This document shows, one piece after another, positions 61,809-64,000 of a stretch of DNA of 64,000 nucleotides (within the stretch, counting starts at the first letter, position 1; every line of letters begins with the position of its first letter). Source of the stretch: Dehalococcoidia bacterium (GTDB taxonomy: Bacteria > Chloroflexota > Dehalococcoidia > Lucifugimonadales > Australimonadaceae); contig CBDCQO010000011.1 in assembly GCA_965220655.1 (NCBI GenBank), forward strand, positions 39,134-103,133. Reading direction: 5' to 3'. Under the pieces are notes generated by a model. It was not told the origin of the DNA and ran no database searches. It saw only the letters and a program-made list of their open reading frames with translations. The position numbers and the translations under genes are program-made.

Positions 61809-63338
61809 CTACAGCAGACCTCCCACCAGGGCGTCCACACCGGGCAAGGCATCCACGCCATGCCTGATCACATCGAGGAACGGAGCGGGCCAGACGCCCA
61901 CGAGCACCAATGGCACCACGAGCGCGCCGGACGCCGCGATCTCACGCGGCGTGAGGTCGGGCAAATCGTCCCACTGGGGGTCACGCTGGCCGAAGAAGAC
62001 GCGCGCGACGAGTCTCAGTATGTAGACCGCCGTAAGGGCCGCGCCGAGGATACCGAGCGCTCCCAGTATGGGCTGCTCGTGGAACGCGCCGATGAACACC
62101 AGCACCTCGGCGATGAAGCCGCTCAACCCGGGCAGGCCGAGCGACGTGAGCCCCGCTATGACGAAGAACGCAGTCGTCCAGCCCATCTTCGACGCGAGGC
62201 CGTTCAGAATGAGCGTGTCGCGGGTGTGCGCGCGCTCGTAGATCGCGCCGACGACGGCGAAGAAGAGGGCCGTCATGATGCCGTGGGAGAACATCTGGAG
62301 CGTCGCCCCCGTGAGCCCGATGCTGTTCAGCGTCGCTATGCCCATGATGACGTAGCCCATGTGGCTCACGCTGGAGTAGCCGACGACGTACTTCAGGTCG
62401 GTCTGCGCCATCGCCGATACCGCGCCGTAGACCACGTTCACGGTGCCCAGGATGAAGAGCACGAGCGCCCACGCCTCCATGCCCTCCGGCAGCAGCGTCA
62501 TGCCGACGCGGATGATGCCGAATGCGCCCAGCTTCATCAGCACGCCGGCGTGCAGCATGCTCACGGAGGTCGGCGCGGCGACGTGACCGTCCGGCGACCA
62601 CGTGTGGAACGGCCAGAGGCCCGCCAGCAGGCCGAAGCCCACCATGACGAGCGGGAACAACGTCTTCTGCGCGCCGGAGGACAGTCCGCCGTCCTGCACC
62701 GCGTCGCGGAGCCGGAGGATGTCGAAGGTGCCTATGTCGACCCAGACGTAGATGGCGATGATGCCTATCCAGACGAGCACGCTCGCTGCGACGATCATGA
62801 GCACGAGCTTCAGCGCGCCGTACTCCTTGGTCCGCGCGAAGTCGGCGAAGGTGGAGCTGGAGCCCCACACCGCGATAAGCAGGAACATCGGCACGATGGC
62901 CAGCTCGTAGAAGAAGAAGAGGAAGAACAGGTCTATGGACACGAACGTGCCGTAGACGCCCGCGATGAGCACGAACAGCAGGATGTAGTAGCTCTTCGCG
63001 TCCCTGTCCACGTTCGCGGCGATCACGGAGCCGGTGAGCGCCACGATGCCCGTGAGCAGGACCATCGGGGCGGCGATGCCGTCCACGCCCAGCCGGAAAT
63101 CTATCCCCACGGACTCGAGCCACGTGTAGACCTTGATCATCTGGAAGGTGTCGGCGCCCGCCGAGTAGTCGAAGGCTATGAACACCCAGGCCGAGCCGAT
63201 CATGAGCAGCGCACCCGACCCAACGCCGACCCAGCGCGCCGTCGTCCGCCACGCCGCCGGCAGGACCATCAGCACAGCCGCCGTGAGCATCGGCAGGTAG
63301 ATGAGCCACTCGAGGACGTGCCGCTCCGCGAAGCTCAT
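61809..63338 (-). CDS. nuoM: NADH-quinone oxidoreductase subunit M
   Basis: LGVDGI, PFHTWSPDGH..APT, LMKLG, YSSVSHMG, SLGLPGLSGFIAE. Confidence 0.95.
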   Translation of the reverse strand: MSFAERHVLEWLIYLPMLTAAVLMVLPAAWRTTARWVGVGSGALLMIGSAWVFIAFDYSAGADTFQMIKVYTWLESVGIDFRLGVDGIAAPMVLLTGIVALTGSVIAANVDRDAKSYYILLFVLIAGVYGTFVSIDLFFLFFFYELAIVPMFLLIAVWGSSSTFADFARTKEYGALKLVLMIVAASVLVWIGIIAIYVWVDIGTFDILRLRDAVQDGGLSSGAQKTLFPLVMVGFGLLAGLWPFHTWSPDGHVAAPTSVSMLHAGVLMKLGAFGIIRVGMTLLPEGMEAWALVLFILGTVNVVYGAVSAMAQTDLKYVVGYSSVSHMGYVIMGIATLNSIGLTGATLQMFSHGIMTALFFAVVGAIYERAHTRDTLILNGLASKMGWTTAFFVIAGLTSLGLPGLSGFIAEVLVFIGAFHEQPILGALGILGAALTAVYILRLVARVFFGQRDPQWDDLPDLTPREIAASGALVVPLVLVGVWPAPFLDVIRHGVDALPGVDALVGGLL

Positions 63339-63342
63339 CCGG

Positions 63343-64000
63343 TCACGCTCCGAACCACAGCAGCGCTCCCAGCACGGCAACGCCCACGACTATGCCAAGA
63401 CCGTAGTCCGCGAAGAGGCCCGTGACGTGGTATCGCAGGCGCCGGCCCGCTTCCACCGCGCTCAGACCGGGGCCGTTCACGCCGACGTCATTCACCACCG
63501 TGCGGTCGAACCGGGCCAGGAGCGCGCTCACCTTGAGCACGACACGGTCGATCGTCCACTGGTACGCGTGGTCCATGTAGAAGCGGTTCGCCACGACGTC
63601 GTGCACGCGGGCGAACCGCTCGCGGAGCGCGTCGACCCGCGACGTGTCCTCGTCCCCGTAGAGGGCGTAGGCCAACGCGAGCCCGCCAAGCGCGAGCACG
63701 ACGCTCGCCACGAGCCATACGGGGACGACCTCGAAGGCGTGGGGTTTGTCACCCGGAGCGACGAGGAACGTGCCGATGCCCTCGTAGCCGATGGGCAGGG
63801 CGATGAACCCCGTCACGACGGCAAGCACCCCAAGGAGCGCGAGCGGCCACGCCATGACGCGCGGCGACTCGTGGATACCGTCGTTCTCCGGCTTGAGCTT
63901 CCCGAAGAAGACGACGAGCACGGCGCGCCCCATGTAGAGCGCGCTCAGCACGATGGCGATGAGGAAGAGCACCACGAACACCGGGTTCAGGCCGCCGGCG
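63343..64000 (-). CDS. nuoL: NADH-quinone oxidoreductase subunit L, C-terminal part (runs off the window)
   Basis: ALYMGR..VFFG, HESP..M..PL, RFYMD..Y, FD; upstream of nuoM. Confidence 0.9.
   Translation of the reverse strand, partial: AGGLNPVFVVLFLIAIVLSALYMGRAVLVVFFGKLKPENDGIHESPRVMAWPLALLGVLAVVTGFIALPIGYEGIGTFLVAPGDKPHAFEVVPVWLVASVVLALGGLALAYALYGDEDTSRVDALRERFARVHDVVANRFYMDHAYQWTIDRVVLKVSALLARFDRTVVNDVGVNGPGLSAVEAGRRLRYHVTGLFADYGLGIVVGVAVLGALLWFGA

Overview
High-GC bacterial chromosome segment. The gene content (YYY/DUF2298 membrane protein, sortase, Pro/Thr-linker lipoproteins, Trk-USP cluster) suggests Chloroflexota, probably a Dehalococcoidia/SAR202-like aerobe; this is inference. Core genes: 3' end of rpoC, ctaB/ctaA, menB/menA, a form II coxG-SLM-DE cluster, NAD-dependent formate dehydrogenase, tRNA-Val(GAC), a TRAP operon, cysteine synthase, Trk/Ktr, pheA, gap, eno and nuoN/M/L. 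Accessory content: an AT-richer DUF5131 + TcmP islet, a DUF6364/PIN toxin-antitoxin pair and several REP-like repeat families. Two signals are not explained by the ORF track. (1) Two tandem lipoprotein genes behind a sortase continue in frame through TGA as W-U-P-x-C thioredoxin-fold selenoprotein candidates; the first has a clear SECIS-like hairpin. (2) A dispersed non-coding element of about 300 bp occurs as 3 collinear copies plus 1 head-only copy. It has a conserved promoter-like head, a conserved loop motif and copy-specific complementary stems, so it is a candidate new structured RNA or non-autonomous mobile element. All calls are from reading the sequence by eye; no searches were run.
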